Shown: piece after piece, positions 8,822 through 18,766 of the stretch
Layout: the number at the start of each line of letters is the position of its first letter
How positions within the stretch are numbered: position 1 is the first letter of the stretch
Source: Candidatus Bathyarchaeota archaeon
Lineage (GTDB): Archaea > Thermoproteota > Bathyarchaeia > Bathyarchaeales > Bathycorpusculaceae
Reading direction: 5' to 3'
DNA length: 64,000 bases
NCBI GenBank assembly: GCA_963702095.1
Contig: OY969706.1
Span: forward strand, 576,001-640,000
Position numbers and translations under genes: made by a program
Notes under the pieces: generated by a model
What the model was told of the DNA's origin: nothing
The model's database searches: none
The model's input: the letters and a program-made list of their open reading frames with translations, nothing else

Positions 8822-10252
8822 CTATCTCATTTTTCTGTCGACCAATCTGCCCACTGAATCGATTAGCCGCACATCCAGCGGCATACTACCCACCGCATGC
8901 GTGGCACAGCTCAGGCACGGGTCAAACGCGCGGATAACCGCTTCAACACGGTTAAGCATGCCCTCCTGCAACTCACGGGCTTTAACGTATTTTTTGGCTA
9001 CCTGCGTCACCGCCATGTTGTAGGCGATGTTGTTGTTTTCGGTGGCGATTATCATGTTGTTCCACTTTATCATGCCCTGCTCGTCGACTTTGTAGTGGTG
9101 GATCAACGTGCCTCTTGGTGCCTCTGCAACTCCAACGCCTTCATAATTGTTGATTAAGGCTTTGGAGCTGACGTGTTCGGATTGGATTTCGGGGTCTGAG
9201 AGGAGTTTCTTAGCGGTTTCTATGCAGAAGAGGGTTTCGATTAGGCGTGCATAGTGGTATTGGAAAGTGCTCTGCACGACGCCGTTTTTGCCCAACTTCT
9301 TGAACTGCTTAAGCTCCTCGTCAGCAAGCGGTGTACCGCAGTGGGAAACCACATTGAGCCTTGCAAGTGGTCCGACACGGTAGGCGCCGCCGGGATAACC
9401 GATTGTTTTGAAGTATGGGAACTTCATGTAGGACCATGGCTCCACGGCTTCACCAATGAAGTCACCGTATTTTTTGGGGTCTACGCATTCGGCGGCGACG
9501 TTGCCGTTGGGGTCTACTATGCGGATTCTGCCGTCATAGTGTTCCAAGCCGCCGTCATCGGATACTAAGCCCATGTAGTAACTGGGGAAGTTGCCGAAGT
9601 TCTCCACTTCCTCCTGTAAGCCATCGAGCATTTGCTTGTACATTTCCAGCGTCTTCTGCGTAGCATCCAAGGCTTCGGGGAGGAAGTTGCGAAGGTAGTC
9701 GGCGCGTTCCTGTGTGAGAGGCCATTTTGCTCCGCCCGGCTGCACCCATTCGCTGGAGTGGATTTTTTTGCCGGCGACTTTTTCGATGATTTCTTGCCCG
9801 AACTTGCGGAGGCGTATGCCGCGCATGGCTAATTCGGGTTCACGTTCGATTAAGCCGAAGATGTTGCGTTGCGCTGGGTTCGAGTCAAACCCCAAAAGCA
9901 AGTCAGGCGAGGATAAATGGAAAAAGTTGAGTGCGTGAGACTGGATTATCTGTCCCATAAGCATGAGGCGCCGGAGTTTGATGGCGGGGGGTGGGGGTGT
10001 GACTCCTACGATTTGGTCGCAGGCTTTAGCGCTTGCAATCAGGTGGGCAACTGGGCAGATGCCGCAGATGCGGCTGGTAATCGAGGGCAACTCGTAGAAG
10101 GGTCTGCCCTCCGTGAACTTTTCAAACCCTCGGAAATCAACCACTTTGAAAAGCGCTTCTTTGACAGTGTCATCTTCGTTGAGCACTATAGTTACTTGGG
10201 CATGTCCCTCAATGCGTGTGACGGGGGAGATATGGAGTTTTTTTTCAGCCAT
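8822..10252 (-). CDS. hoxH: [NiFe]-hydrogenase large subunit, group 3d
   Basis: TRIEGH, L1 SRICGICPVAH, L2 DPCLSCATH with cleavable tail; last gene of hoxEFUYH. Confidence 0.92.
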   Translation of the reverse strand: MAEKKLHISPVTRIEGHAQVTIVLNEDDTVKEALFKVVDFRGFEKFTEGRPFYELPSITSRICGICPVAHLIASAKACDQIVGVTPPPPAIKLRRLMLMGQIIQSHALNFFHLSSPDLLLGFDSNPAQRNIFGLIEREPELAMRGIRLRKFGQEIIEKVAGKKIHSSEWVQPGGAKWPLTQERADYLRNFLPEALDATQKTLEMYKQMLDGLQEEVENFGNFPSYYMGLVSDDGGLEHYDGRIRIVDPNGNVAAECVDPKKYGDFIGEAVEPWSYMKFPYFKTIGYPGGAYRVGPLARLNVVSHCGTPLADEELKQFKKLGKNGVVQSTFQYHYARLIETLFCIETAKKLLSDPEIQSEHVSSKALINNYEGVGVAEAPRGTLIHHYKVDEQGMIKWNNMIIATENNNIAYNMAVTQVAKKYVKARELQEGMLNRVEAVIRAFDPCLSCATHAVGSMPLDVRLIDSVGRLVDRKMR

Positions 10253-10787
10253 ACTTTGAATGTTCCTCCATAACAGGTGTTCGCCCAGCCAACAATTCAG
10301 TTAAAACATAGTTGATCAGGTCAGCGCTGGGTGGGCAACCGGGAATGTAGTGGTCGACTTTGACGATTTCGTGGAGTGGACGAGCGTGAATCAGCAGCTT
10401 AGGCACCAACGTGGGGATTTGGGCGTTAAGGTTCGAGGGGTCCTCATAGGCGCGTTGGAGAATTGCTTGGTCACTGTGCACCCAGCCATTGCGCAACGCC
10501 GTTACGTTGCCTGTTACAGCGCAGTCGCCCAAAGACACCAACAAGGTCGTGCGGGAACGGACTTTGCGCAGCATCGCCTCTTGTTCCTCGTTGGCAACGG
10601 CGCCCTCAACTAAGGTGACAGCGACGTTTTCAGGGAACTCTTTGACGTCAGCAAGGGGACTATACACAAGTGTTATCTGCTTTGCCAAATCAACAAGCCG
10701 CTCGTCTTGATCAAGAAAAGACATGTGGCAACCCGAGCAGCCGCTTAACCAAACCGTTGCAAACCGCACTTTCTGGTTTTGGCTCAT
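10245..10787 (-). CDS. hoxY: Hydrogenase small subunit
   Basis: WLSGCSGCHMS, GDCAVTG, PGCPP; short 180-aa single-cluster form. Confidence 0.92.
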   Translation of the reverse strand: MSQNQKVRFATVWLSGCSGCHMSFLDQDERLVDLAKQITLVYSPLADVKEFPENVAVTLVEGAVANEEQEAMLRKVRSRTTLLVSLGDCAVTGNVTALRNGWVHSDQAILQRAYEDPSNLNAQIPTLVPKLLIHARPLHEIVKVDHYIPGCPPSADLINYVLTELLAGRTPVMEEHSKYG

Positions 10788-11491
10788 CTGCGGCTCCTCC
10801 TATTCGACAGGAACTCGGCCACATCTGGGTCTTTAGTGTGCTCAATGTTTTCGCCTTCGATGTAGATGGCGCCGACTGGGCAAACTTTGGCACATTTGCG
10901 GCATGACGTGCAGGAGGAGGCGTTGCCCCAGTTCTCGTCTAAGTCCATGATGACTTCTGTGTTTTTGCCTCTGAGTTTGAGGTCAAGGGTGTGAGCGCCC
11001 TCTATTTGGTCGCAAACGCGGACGCATCGTGTGCAGAGTATGCAGCGGTTTCTGTCTATGACCAAGAAATCGTGGGTGGAGTCGATTCCGTTGCAGCTCC
11101 AGTTGCGTTCGTAGAGGACGTGGTCGACGCCATGTTGGTTTGCTAATGCTTGTAGTTCACAGTGGTTGTCGGCGACGCATACCGAGCAAATGTGGGTGCG
11201 TTCGGCGAGGAGGGTTTGGATTGCCATTTTGCGGTATTCATAGAGTTTGGGCGAGTTGGTGGTTACGTTCATGCCTGACGCTGCTGGGGTGATGCAGGCG
11301 GGGAAAAGCTTGGTTGTGCCGCTGATTTCAACGAGACATAAACGGCAGCCGCCATAGGGAGTTAAGCCTTCAAGATTGCAGAGTGTGGGGATTTCTACAC
11401 CGCTGGCTTTGGCTGCTTCTAAGATGGTGGCGCCTTCTTTGCACTCGATGTCTGCGCCGTTGATTTTGAGTTTAACTGTGCCTGCGCTCAT
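10784..11491 (-). CDS. hoxU: Diaphorase Fe-S subunit
   Basis: IPTLC...GGCRLCLVE...C, HICSVC, CILCTRCVRVC, CTSCRKCAKVCP. Confidence 0.92.
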   Translation of the reverse strand: MSAGTVKLKINGADIECKEGATILEAAKASGVEIPTLCNLEGLTPYGGCRLCLVEISGTTKLFPACITPAASGMNVTTNSPKLYEYRKMAIQTLLAERTHICSVCVADNHCELQALANQHGVDHVLYERNWSCNGIDSTHDFLVIDRNRCILCTRCVRVCDQIEGAHTLDLKLRGKNTEVIMDLDENWGNASSCTSCRKCAKVCPVGAIYIEGENIEHTKDPDVAEFLSNRRSRR

Positions 11492-13140
11492 TTTGCTTCA
11501 TCCTCGTCGCGTGTTTTAAAACAGACCCCTGCCTCGCACTCTTTGTCAACGATGTGGCGCATGTATTCATCTTTGAAGTAACGCAGCGTCGTAAGCACGG
11601 GGTTGGGTGCGGTTTGCCCAAGTCCGCAGAGGCTGGCATCGCGAATATAGGCGCTGGATCTCTCAAGTGTACTTATGTCGCCGATTTCGCCTTGGCCATG
11701 CACTATTTTCTCGTAGATCTCAAGCATACGGGGTAAACCAGCGCGGCAGGGGGTGCATTTGCCGCAGGATTCATCTACACAGAACTCGGTGAAGTAACGT
11801 GCAGTATCAACCATGCATGAGTCTTCGTCAAGCACCACTATGCCGCCTGAACCCATAATAGCGCCTACCTTGGTCAGGGAATCGTAGTCTATGGGGATTT
11901 CCAGAAGCGCCTCAGGTAAGCAGCCGCCTGAGGGTCCGCCGATTAGGACGGCTTTGAATTTTTTGCCGTTTGGAATCCCGCCGCCTATGTCAAAGACGAC
12001 TTCCCGCAGCGTTATGCCCATGGGCACTTCGATTAAGCCGGGGTTGTTGATTTTGCCTGTTAGCGAGAAGCATTTGGTGCCGGTGCATTTGGGGGTGCCT
12101 GTTCTGGCGAACCAAGCCGCGCTGTTCTGGATGATTAACGGTATGTTGGCGAGGGTTTCCACGTTCTGGATTAACGTGGGTTTCTGCCAAAGCCCCGAGT
12201 TAGCGGGGTACGGTGGGCGGGGACGCGGCATAGCTCTGCAGCCTTCAACCGAAGCTAAAATCGCCGTTTCTTCACCCGCAACAAACGCGCCTGCTCCATA
12301 ACGCAGCTTCAAATCAAATTTGAAAGGCGTCTCCAAGATGTTACTGCCCAAAAGGGTCAATGCTTTGGCTTGGGCGATGGCTTTCTGCAGCGTTTGGATT
12401 GCAAGGGGATACTCGCTTCGTATGTAGATGTAGCCTTTTTCGGCGCTGATTGCGTAGGCGGCTATGAGCATGCCTTCGATGATGGCGTGTGGATCGGCTT
12501 CTGCTGTGGAGCGGTTGGCGTAGACTCCGGGGTCGCCTTCGTCGAGGTTCGCTACAATGTACTTGGGGGTGTTGTTGGCTCTGGCTACTAGCCGCCATTT
12601 CTGCCCTGTGGGGAACCCTGCGCCGCCTCTGCCCCTTAGTCCGCTGGCTAAAATCTCGTTTATGATTCCCTGCGGCGTCATGCTTGAGAGGCACTTGATC
12701 AATGCGGCGTAGCCGCCCATGGCGATGTAGTCTTGGATGCGTGAAGGATCGATTTTGCCTGCGTTGCGGAGTACGAGGCGATGCTGTTTTTTGAAGAAGC
12801 CGCCACTTTCGTAGAGCATTTCTTTTACGGGTAAACCCAAAACCACGTGGTCCCGCACGATTTCTCTTGCTTTTTCGGGCGCTATATTCTGGTAAACATA
12901 GTCGCCGGGTTCAATGAGCACTGTTGGGCCCGCTGAACATGCGCCCATGCAGCCTGTCCGCGCCACTTTGCATTCCTTCTCAACCCCTAACTCTTTCACT
13001 GCGTTTTCGAAAGCCTTCAGCAGTTTAACCGAACCCAACGAAGCACAACTGCTGGAGCAGCAGATGTTGATGCGGTAAGTGTAGGCGCGTTCGAACTCCA
13101 GTTCCTGCTCGACTATCTTGTGCAGGTCAGACAGTTTCAG
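11488..13140 (-). CDS. hoxF: Diaphorase FMN/NAD-binding subunit (NuoF-like), probable CTG start
   Basis: GLRGRGGAGFPTG, DEGDPG, GEETA, ESCGKCTPCR, SLCGLG. The frame extends 34 codons upstream of 13038, adding the CCSSSC ligands, to a CTG preceded by GGAGGAG. Confidence 0.9.
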   Translation of the reverse strand: MKLSDLHKIVEQELEFERAYTYRINICCSSSCASLGSVKLLKAFENAVKELGVEKECKVARTGCMGACSAGPTVLIEPGDYVYQNIAPEKAREIVRDHVVLGLPVKEMLYESGGFFKKQHRLVLRNAGKIDPSRIQDYIAMGGYAALIKCLSSMTPQGIINEILASGLRGRGGAGFPTGQKWRLVARANNTPKYIVANLDEGDPGVYANRSTAEADPHAIIEGMLIAAYAISAEKGYIYIRSEYPLAIQTLQKAIAQAKALTLLGSNILETPFKFDLKLRYGAGAFVAGEETAILASVEGCRAMPRPRPPYPANSGLWQKPTLIQNVETLANIPLIIQNSAAWFARTGTPKCTGTKCFSLTGKINNPGLIEVPMGITLREVVFDIGGGIPNGKKFKAVLIGGPSGGCLPEALLEIPIDYDSLTKVGAIMGSGGIVVLDEDSCMVDTARYFTEFCVDESCGKCTPCRAGLPRMLEIYEKIVHGQGEIGDISTLERSSAYIRDASLCGLGQTAPNPVLTTLRYFKDEYMRHIVDKECEAGVCFKTRDEDEAK

Positions 13141-13621
13141 CTTTAACTCCTCCCTCGAGCGCTTCTCTTATTTTTTGGATTACAACTTCTTTGGTTGCTT
13201 TGCCGATGACTACGTCGTCGACGCTGATGTTTGGAGCCATGGCGCAGGCACCGATGCAGCGGGTTTGAAACAGTGACAACTTGCCGTCAGCGGTTGAGCC
13301 GCCCCGTTTTAGGTGGAATTCCTCTTCGATTGCCGCCATGATTTGTTCGACGCCCTTGACGTAGCATGCGGTTCCTAAGCAACCTGTCACGATGTGTTCG
13401 CCGGGTTTTCGGAGTTTAAAGTAACTGTAGAAGGTGACGACGCCAAACACGGTGCTGGACGGAACGTTGAGCGTCACTGCAAGTTCAGTGAGCAAATCCT
13501 TGTCGAGGTACCCGTAGATTTCTTGGGCACGGTGCAGTATTTCAAGCAAAGCGCTTCCCTGATAACCATACTCTTTTAGCACCTTCTCGAGATTGACGCG
13601 TCGTTTATCGTCTTTAATCAA
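13127..13621 (-). CDS. hoxE: NuoE-like 2Fe-2S subunit
   Basis: GVVTFYSYF, CLGTACYVKG, RCIGACAMAP. Confidence 0.92.
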   Translation of the reverse strand: MIKDDKRRVNLEKVLKEYGYQGSALLEILHRAQEIYGYLDKDLLTELAVTLNVPSSTVFGVVTFYSYFKLRKPGEHIVTGCLGTACYVKGVEQIMAAIEEEFHLKRGGSTADGKLSLFQTRCIGACAMAPNISVDDVVIGKATKEVVIQKIREALEGGVKAETV

Positions 13622-14034
13622 AAGGCGTATTCCTCCGTCCGTGTCGCTACGGGCACAGTATAGGGTTACAGAAGTCCGAGCTATAAAAGCGTAGAGGCAG
13701 TTAAGTTGTGGCGGTGTTTGTTGTTTGGAAATTGTTCTCTCTCTTTGTCTGGGTGTGGTTGGTTTGCGAATTTTGTTGTTTCTCTTTAAACTGCTTAATT
13801 TATTGCTTTGGTTTTGAAATTTTGGTTAGGGTTTTAGGGGATCTTTGATTGTTAGGTTGGTGCTTTTGTAGGTTATTTTTTTGGTGTTTTAGGAGTGTTT
13901 TGTCGTGGGTGTAAAATCCACTTTAACGATTATTTCCTCAGCATTACTCCATATTCATCCCACTCCAACAAGGGAAAAGCTGGATTTAAAACATGCCAGA
14001 GAAAGCGGTTTATCTCAAAAATAAAAAGAAAAGT

Positions 14035-16875
14035 TTAGGCTGAGGTGGATTCGCGGGTTTCTCGTACCAGCGGTTTAGCCTCTATGATGGGGAGCCCTTC
14101 GGATTTGGCTGCCTGTGGCTTCTCCTCTTTTTTGTCCATTGGCGGCTCAGGTAGGTTTGGGCGGGTGCAGCGGAAGTCGATGTCTTCGCCTTTGAGGTCT
14201 AAGTTGCCTTTGACTGTGCCGTCGCTTAAGTATTCGATGTTAAAGCCCATCTTCTTGGTTAAACTCAAGGCGCGATAGTTGTCCTGCAACATGATTGCGT
14301 AAACGCTCTCCACGCCTTTTTCTTTGGCGATGTCTAAGGTGTAGTCAACCAGTTTGGTGCCTAAGCCCAGTCCCTGCCAGTAGTCCGAGACGATGAACGC
14401 CATTTCGCCGTGTTTGCCATCAGATTCGATGCTAAGGCGGCTGACGCCTAAGATTTTGCGTTTGCCATTTTCAACCATCTCTGCGACCATGGCGACTTCT
14501 CGGTCGTAGTCAACGTTGCAGTAGCGGACGCGGACTTCGTGGGGTGTGTCTTTTAGCATTTGGAAGAAGCGGTAGCGTATGGTTTCTTCGCTTAGGCTCT
14601 GGAACCACTCCAGCCACATGGGTTCATCTTCCGGTTTAATGGGGCGCAATAGGACTTCTTGGCCGTTTTTGAGCAGCCAGAGAATCTCGTATTTCTTGGG
14701 GTAGGGGCTGATAACCATGTGTTCGTGTGGCACAAACTTCTTGCAAACTTTGTCTTTGTCGACGACTATGCGGGCGTCGAGGATGGTTGCGTCTTTTTCA
14801 CTGATTAGCAGGGGGTTGATGTCGATTTCTTTGATCTGAGGGAAATCAGTGAGTAGTTGGCTGAATAAGAGGACAGTTTCGTCGAGGCGTTTTAAGTCGA
14901 CTGGGGTGGAGCCGCGGTAGCCTTTGAGGAGGCGGTAAACTTTGGTTTCCTCCATCATGCGGTGGATGAGAGTAGTGTTTAGGGGTGGAAGCCCGATTGA
15001 AACGTCTTTGAAGAGTTCCACGCCGACGCCGCCCATGCCGAAGAGGATAATTGGGCCGAAAACGGGGTCGGTTTTTCCTCCCAAGATGACTTCGTGGCCT
15101 TTCTTTTCAACCATGGGCTGCACGGTTACACCGATGATTTGGGCGCTGGGGTTGTAGGCGTTGGCTCGCTGGATAAGCAGGTCGAAGGCTTCTCGGACTT
15201 CGCGGGGTGAGTTTACGTTGAGGATTACTCCGCCTGCGTCGCTTTTATGGACGATTTGGGGCGAGAGGATTTTGAGTACAACTGGGAAACCCATCTCGGT
15301 TGCCAATGCAACGGCTTCGTCAACGTTGTTGGCGGCTGCAGTGCGTACAATGGGGAAATTGTAGTATTTGAGTATTTTTTTAGCTTCGTCCTCTGTTAGG
15401 ATTTCTCGGTCTTCAAACGCTGCATTGCGTAAAATCGCGAGGATGGGGCGTCTGGGCGGTGAAGAATCAACTGGGAGTTCCTCGGGGGTTTCGTAGAGGA
15501 GGTCGATGTTGCGTTGGTAATTGTACATGTACATGTATGTTTTGATTGCCTGTTCAGGGGTGCTGTAGGTGGGGATGTTGTTGGCGTTTAAGATGTTGTT
15601 TGCTTCCTGTACAGCGCCGTATCCCATAAACGAGGTGAGTATGGTTTTGTTCTGGTAGGGTTTGTTGCGCACTAACTCTACGATGTTTTTGGCGATTTCA
15701 ACCGATTCAGAAACAGCCTGCTGAGTGAAAATAATGAGGATACCATCAACGTTGTCATCGTTTAAGGCAGCATCTAATGCGGCTTTATACCGGTCTGCTT
15801 TGGCATCACCTAACACGTCGATGGGGTTGCCGTGGCTCCAGAAAGGCGGCAGCACCAAATTGAGGCTGTCGATAGTTTTTTGGCTGACCTTAGCGATTTT
15901 TCCGCCGAATCCAATCAGCGAATCCGTTGCCATGACTCCTGGCCCGCCTGCGTTGGTTATTATGGCGACATTATCGCCTTTGGGCAGAGGTTGCGTTCCC
16001 AAAACTTCGGCTGCATTGAATAGGTCGGCGATTTCACTGACTCGGACAATGCCTGCACGTTTGAAAGCGGCATCGTAGACTCCGTCTTCGCCTGACAGTG
16101 AACCTGTGTGGGAAGCGGCGGCTTTGGCACTTTCTGAAAATTTGCCTGATTTAACCACTATGATGGGTTTGGTTCTTGCAAAGTGTCTTGCCGCGGACAT
16201 GAATTTTCGGGCTTCAGTTATGCCCTCTACATACATGAGTATACTCTTTGTTTTTGGGTCGCCGCCGAAATAATCGATTAAATCGCCGAAGTCCACGTCA
16301 ATCATGGAGCCGACGGAGACGAAGTTGCTGAAACCGATGTTTTCATGGATAGCCCAATCCAAAATTGCGGAGCCCAACGCGCCGCTTTGTGAGAGAAAAG
16401 CTACGTTGCCTGCTTTGGGCATTTTGTCGAGGAAGGTTGCGTTGAGGTTTATTCTGGGGCGGATGATGCCGATGCAGTTGGGGCCGATGACTCGGATGTC
16501 GTATCGTTTGGCTACTTCGCCGACTTTGTCCTCGAGGGCTTTTCCCGCGGGACCTATTTCTTTGAAGCCGGCGGAGACGATGATTACGCCTTTAACGTGT
16601 GCTTTGCCGCATTCGACCATCACGTCTGGGACGGTTTTGGCGGGTGTAGCTATGAGGGCTAAATCCACTGGCTCTGGGATCTGGTCGACTGTCTGGTAGG
16701 TTTTGACGCCTAAGATTTCCGGTTTTTTTATGTTGACAAAGTAAACTTTGCCAGCGTAGCCTGATTGGGTAAAGTTCTTCACGATTGCGAAACCGACTGA
16801 ACCTTCCACGTCGCTGGCTCCGATAATTGCTACATTCTGTGGATTGAAAACTTTGTCAAGGTTGGTGGTAACCAT
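14035..16875 (-). CDS. ADP-forming acyl-CoA synthetase (alpha+beta) fused to a C-terminal GNAT domain (Pat-like)
   Basis: AIIGAS CoA-binding, GPNCIG, SQSGA, SHTGSL, ATP-grasp KILSPQIVHKSDAGGV, GNAT WQGLGLGTKL. Confidence 0.9.
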   Translation of the reverse strand: MVTTNLDKVFNPQNVAIIGASDVEGSVGFAIVKNFTQSGYAGKVYFVNIKKPEILGVKTYQTVDQIPEPVDLALIATPAKTVPDVMVECGKAHVKGVIIVSAGFKEIGPAGKALEDKVGEVAKRYDIRVIGPNCIGIIRPRINLNATFLDKMPKAGNVAFLSQSGALGSAILDWAIHENIGFSNFVSVGSMIDVDFGDLIDYFGGDPKTKSILMYVEGITEARKFMSAARHFARTKPIIVVKSGKFSESAKAAASHTGSLSGEDGVYDAAFKRAGIVRVSEIADLFNAAEVLGTQPLPKGDNVAIITNAGGPGVMATDSLIGFGGKIAKVSQKTIDSLNLVLPPFWSHGNPIDVLGDAKADRYKAALDAALNDDNVDGILIIFTQQAVSESVEIAKNIVELVRNKPYQNKTILTSFMGYGAVQEANNILNANNIPTYSTPEQAIKTYMYMYNYQRNIDLLYETPEELPVDSSPPRRPILAILRNAAFEDREILTEDEAKKILKYYNFPIVRTAAANNVDEAVALATEMGFPVVLKILSPQIVHKSDAGGVILNVNSPREVREAFDLLIQRANAYNPSAQIIGVTVQPMVEKKGHEVILGGKTDPVFGPIILFGMGGVGVELFKDVSIGLPPLNTTLIHRMMEETKVYRLLKGYRGSTPVDLKRLDETVLLFSQLLTDFPQIKEIDINPLLISEKDATILDARIVVDKDKVCKKFVPHEHMVISPYPKKYEILWLLKNGQEVLLRPIKPEDEPMWLEWFQSLSEETIRYRFFQMLKDTPHEVRVRYCNVDYDREVAMVAEMVENGKRKILGVSRLSIESDGKHGEMAFIVSDYWQGLGLGTKLVDYTLDIAKEKGVESVYAIMLQDNYRALSLTKKMGFNIEYLSDGTVKGNLDLKGEDIDFRCTRPNLPEPPMDKKEEKPQAAKSEGLPIIEAKPLVRETRESTSA

Positions 16876-17090
16876 GATGATTTGACCTTCTGTGTTAAGG
16901 GCGTGCAACGGAGCAAATTAAAGCTTATTGTTCAAGAATAAACATTTTCCTAATGCAACCCTGATACTACGGGAAACTATACCGTTTAAAGGTTACATTT
17001 TCGAGGACGGTGGTGCCGCAGAGCGATGTTGGCTGGCCGTTTTAGCGCGTAATGATTTTTTCTGTTGGCTCTTGTTTGAACGCCAGACTT

Positions 17091-17295
17091 GTTTTTTTCT
17101 CTTTATGTGGGTGTGGCGTTTTACGGGATTCCACAAGACTGCAAGTGTGGGCGGCTGCTTTTTTGGGTTGCAACGTTTTTCTATGCCTGTTTCGGTGTGG
17201 GATACTTGTTTTTCTTCACATGTGTTGCATGGTTCCATATAAAGCCGCAACGGTGTGGATGTGAATGCATGTATCATTTGTTTTTTAGTGACATG
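17091..17295. repeat. ~205-nt dispersed intergenic repeat, copy B
   Basis: Colinear with 3609-3815, same orientation. Confidence 0.8.
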
Positions 17296-17399
17296 ATGGA
17301 ACAGAGTGACAGCGCAATGCAGTCGGGTAATAGCATGGCTCAATCAGCAAGCTTAAGCCATCTCTTACCTCAACCAAGGTGTGTGCTTTATTGTAGATG

Positions 17400-18170
17400 C
17401 TATTTGGCGCTAACTCTTTTTTTTAGGACCTGTGTTTTGCTTTTGTCGATTGCTTGTTGGGATAGTGTTTGGGGATTGCTTTTTGTGACGGCGGCACTGT
17501 TTGCAGTTACCGCTGAAACCCCCGTGGCTGAACCTAGACCCATAGCTGATGATGCGCTACTGGAGGCTCCTGCGGGACTACCTTGCCCCGTCTGCGTCCT
17601 GTACGCTTCCACCAGCGTTGCCTGCTCACCAATGTGGCTTGAACAGACGCTTCTTGCGCCAGTGTTATTGCCGACTTCGGAGGCGCTTAGCACTTTCAGC
17701 GTTAGTGTGACTGTTGCTCTTGTAGTGTTGAGTATTTGGTCAAAGGTTTTCTCTTCAACGTTCATGCTGACGACTCGGACGGCTACCGCTCGCTTTGTGC
17801 CCCACTTGAAAACCACAATGGGCAATAAGGGTTGGTCGCTGACGGCTTGCGGTTGCATCATGGACTCCAGCATGGCTAAGGCGGGGTGTATGCCAAGGGT
17901 GTCGGCGATTTGGTTTTGGTTGGGTGGGTCAAGGTCTAAGCTGTCTAGGTCAAATGTTAAGTTGAATAGTTCAACTGGCGGTCCCGCCACTTCTATGGAG
18001 TTGCCTGATGCAGTTTGTGACGTAGCCGGGGTGTAGGTGTGGAGTAGTTTCTCTGGGTTGTATTGGAATACGAAGTAGGTGTTGGTTGTGGATATGTTGG
18101 CGTTTTGGGCGTTTGGGGCAAGCAGAATCAGGACGCCCCGGTTGAGGCTTGGAGTAGGCACACAGTCCAC
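17400..18170 (-). CDS. Contractile injection system tube-initiator-like protein
   Basis: FQYNPEKL, GIHPALAMLE, VVFKWG, EEKTFDQILNTTRATVTLTLKVL resemble eCIS tube-initiator proteins (recognised by eye); directly downstream of the tube gene. Confidence 0.65.
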   Translation of the reverse strand: MDCVPTPSLNRGVLILLAPNAQNANISTTNTYFVFQYNPEKLLHTYTPATSQTASGNSIEVAGPPVELFNLTFDLDSLDLDPPNQNQIADTLGIHPALAMLESMMQPQAVSDQPLLPIVVFKWGTKRAVAVRVVSMNVEEKTFDQILNTTRATVTLTLKVLSASEVGNNTGARSVCSSHIGEQATLVEAYRTQTGQGSPAGASSSASSAMGLGSATGVSAVTANSAAVTKSNPQTLSQQAIDKSKTQVLKKRVSAK

Positions 18171-18176
18171 CCTTAG

Positions 18177-18674
18177 TTAGGTTTCTTGGGGTTCAGCTAA
18201 ACCTGTGTCTCTTTCCCAACCCTCGTTCTCAATGGTTATACTTTGGATGGCAACTGCGTCTGCGCCTGCATCCAAATCGGGCAGTGCCGTGTACTGCGAC
18301 ACCCAGCAGCGGTAAACTCTGTACGCGATTGCTGGAACCCCTGCCTCGTTGAGCAGCTCGATGATTATGTCTTTGCGGAAGTTTTTAAGAGACATCGAAT
18401 CGGTTTTTTTGTTAAAAACCGAGTTTGCCCAGTTTTCAAATTCTGGGTCGTGGGTTACACCGCGTTCTAATATGATGGAGTCGAAGCGTGTTCTGCCGGG
18501 GGATTTGCGGTCCACGCTTGAGTCGCCGCCTTCACGGTGGGTGATGACGTCGGTTGTGCGGCTAAGCGGACTCATTTTGGAGACGCCGGCAACTACTTTT
18601 CCATCCCAAAAGACTCGGAACTTGAATTTTTTATAAGGGTCCTTTCGACTTGAATTTACTATGAACTGTGGCAT
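18177..18674 (-). CDS. Phage tail tube protein, T4 gp19 / Afp1-like
   Basis: RKDPYKKFKFRV, HREGGD, RKSPGRT, LERGVTHD, RKDIIIELLNEAG, CWVSQY, LDA...IENEG. Confidence 0.9.
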   Translation of the reverse strand: MPQFIVNSSRKDPYKKFKFRVFWDGKVVAGVSKMSPLSRTTDVITHREGGDSSVDRKSPGRTRFDSIILERGVTHDPEFENWANSVFNKKTDSMSLKNFRKDIIIELLNEAGVPAIAYRVYRCWVSQYTALPDLDAGADAVAIQSITIENEGWERDTGLAEPQET

Positions 18675-18766
18675 TTTATCCGACCGCTAACTGTTCTCGC
18701 GGGCTTGCCTTATTACGCTTGTGGTTTTCGCGGTGAATAACTGTTAGAGCCTGTACTCTAAAAAAA

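Noticed and set aside
13690-13900. GT-rich low-complexity intergenic tract (also ~1620-1790)
   Set aside because: No periodicity or fold evident beyond the 18-nt motif already reported.
17089-18036. 315-aa plus-strand ORF
   Set aside because: It is the antisense shadow of the tube-initiator gene plus the non-coding repeat.
17400-18674. Prophage
   Set aside because: No capsid, terminase, portal, integrase or replication genes in the window.
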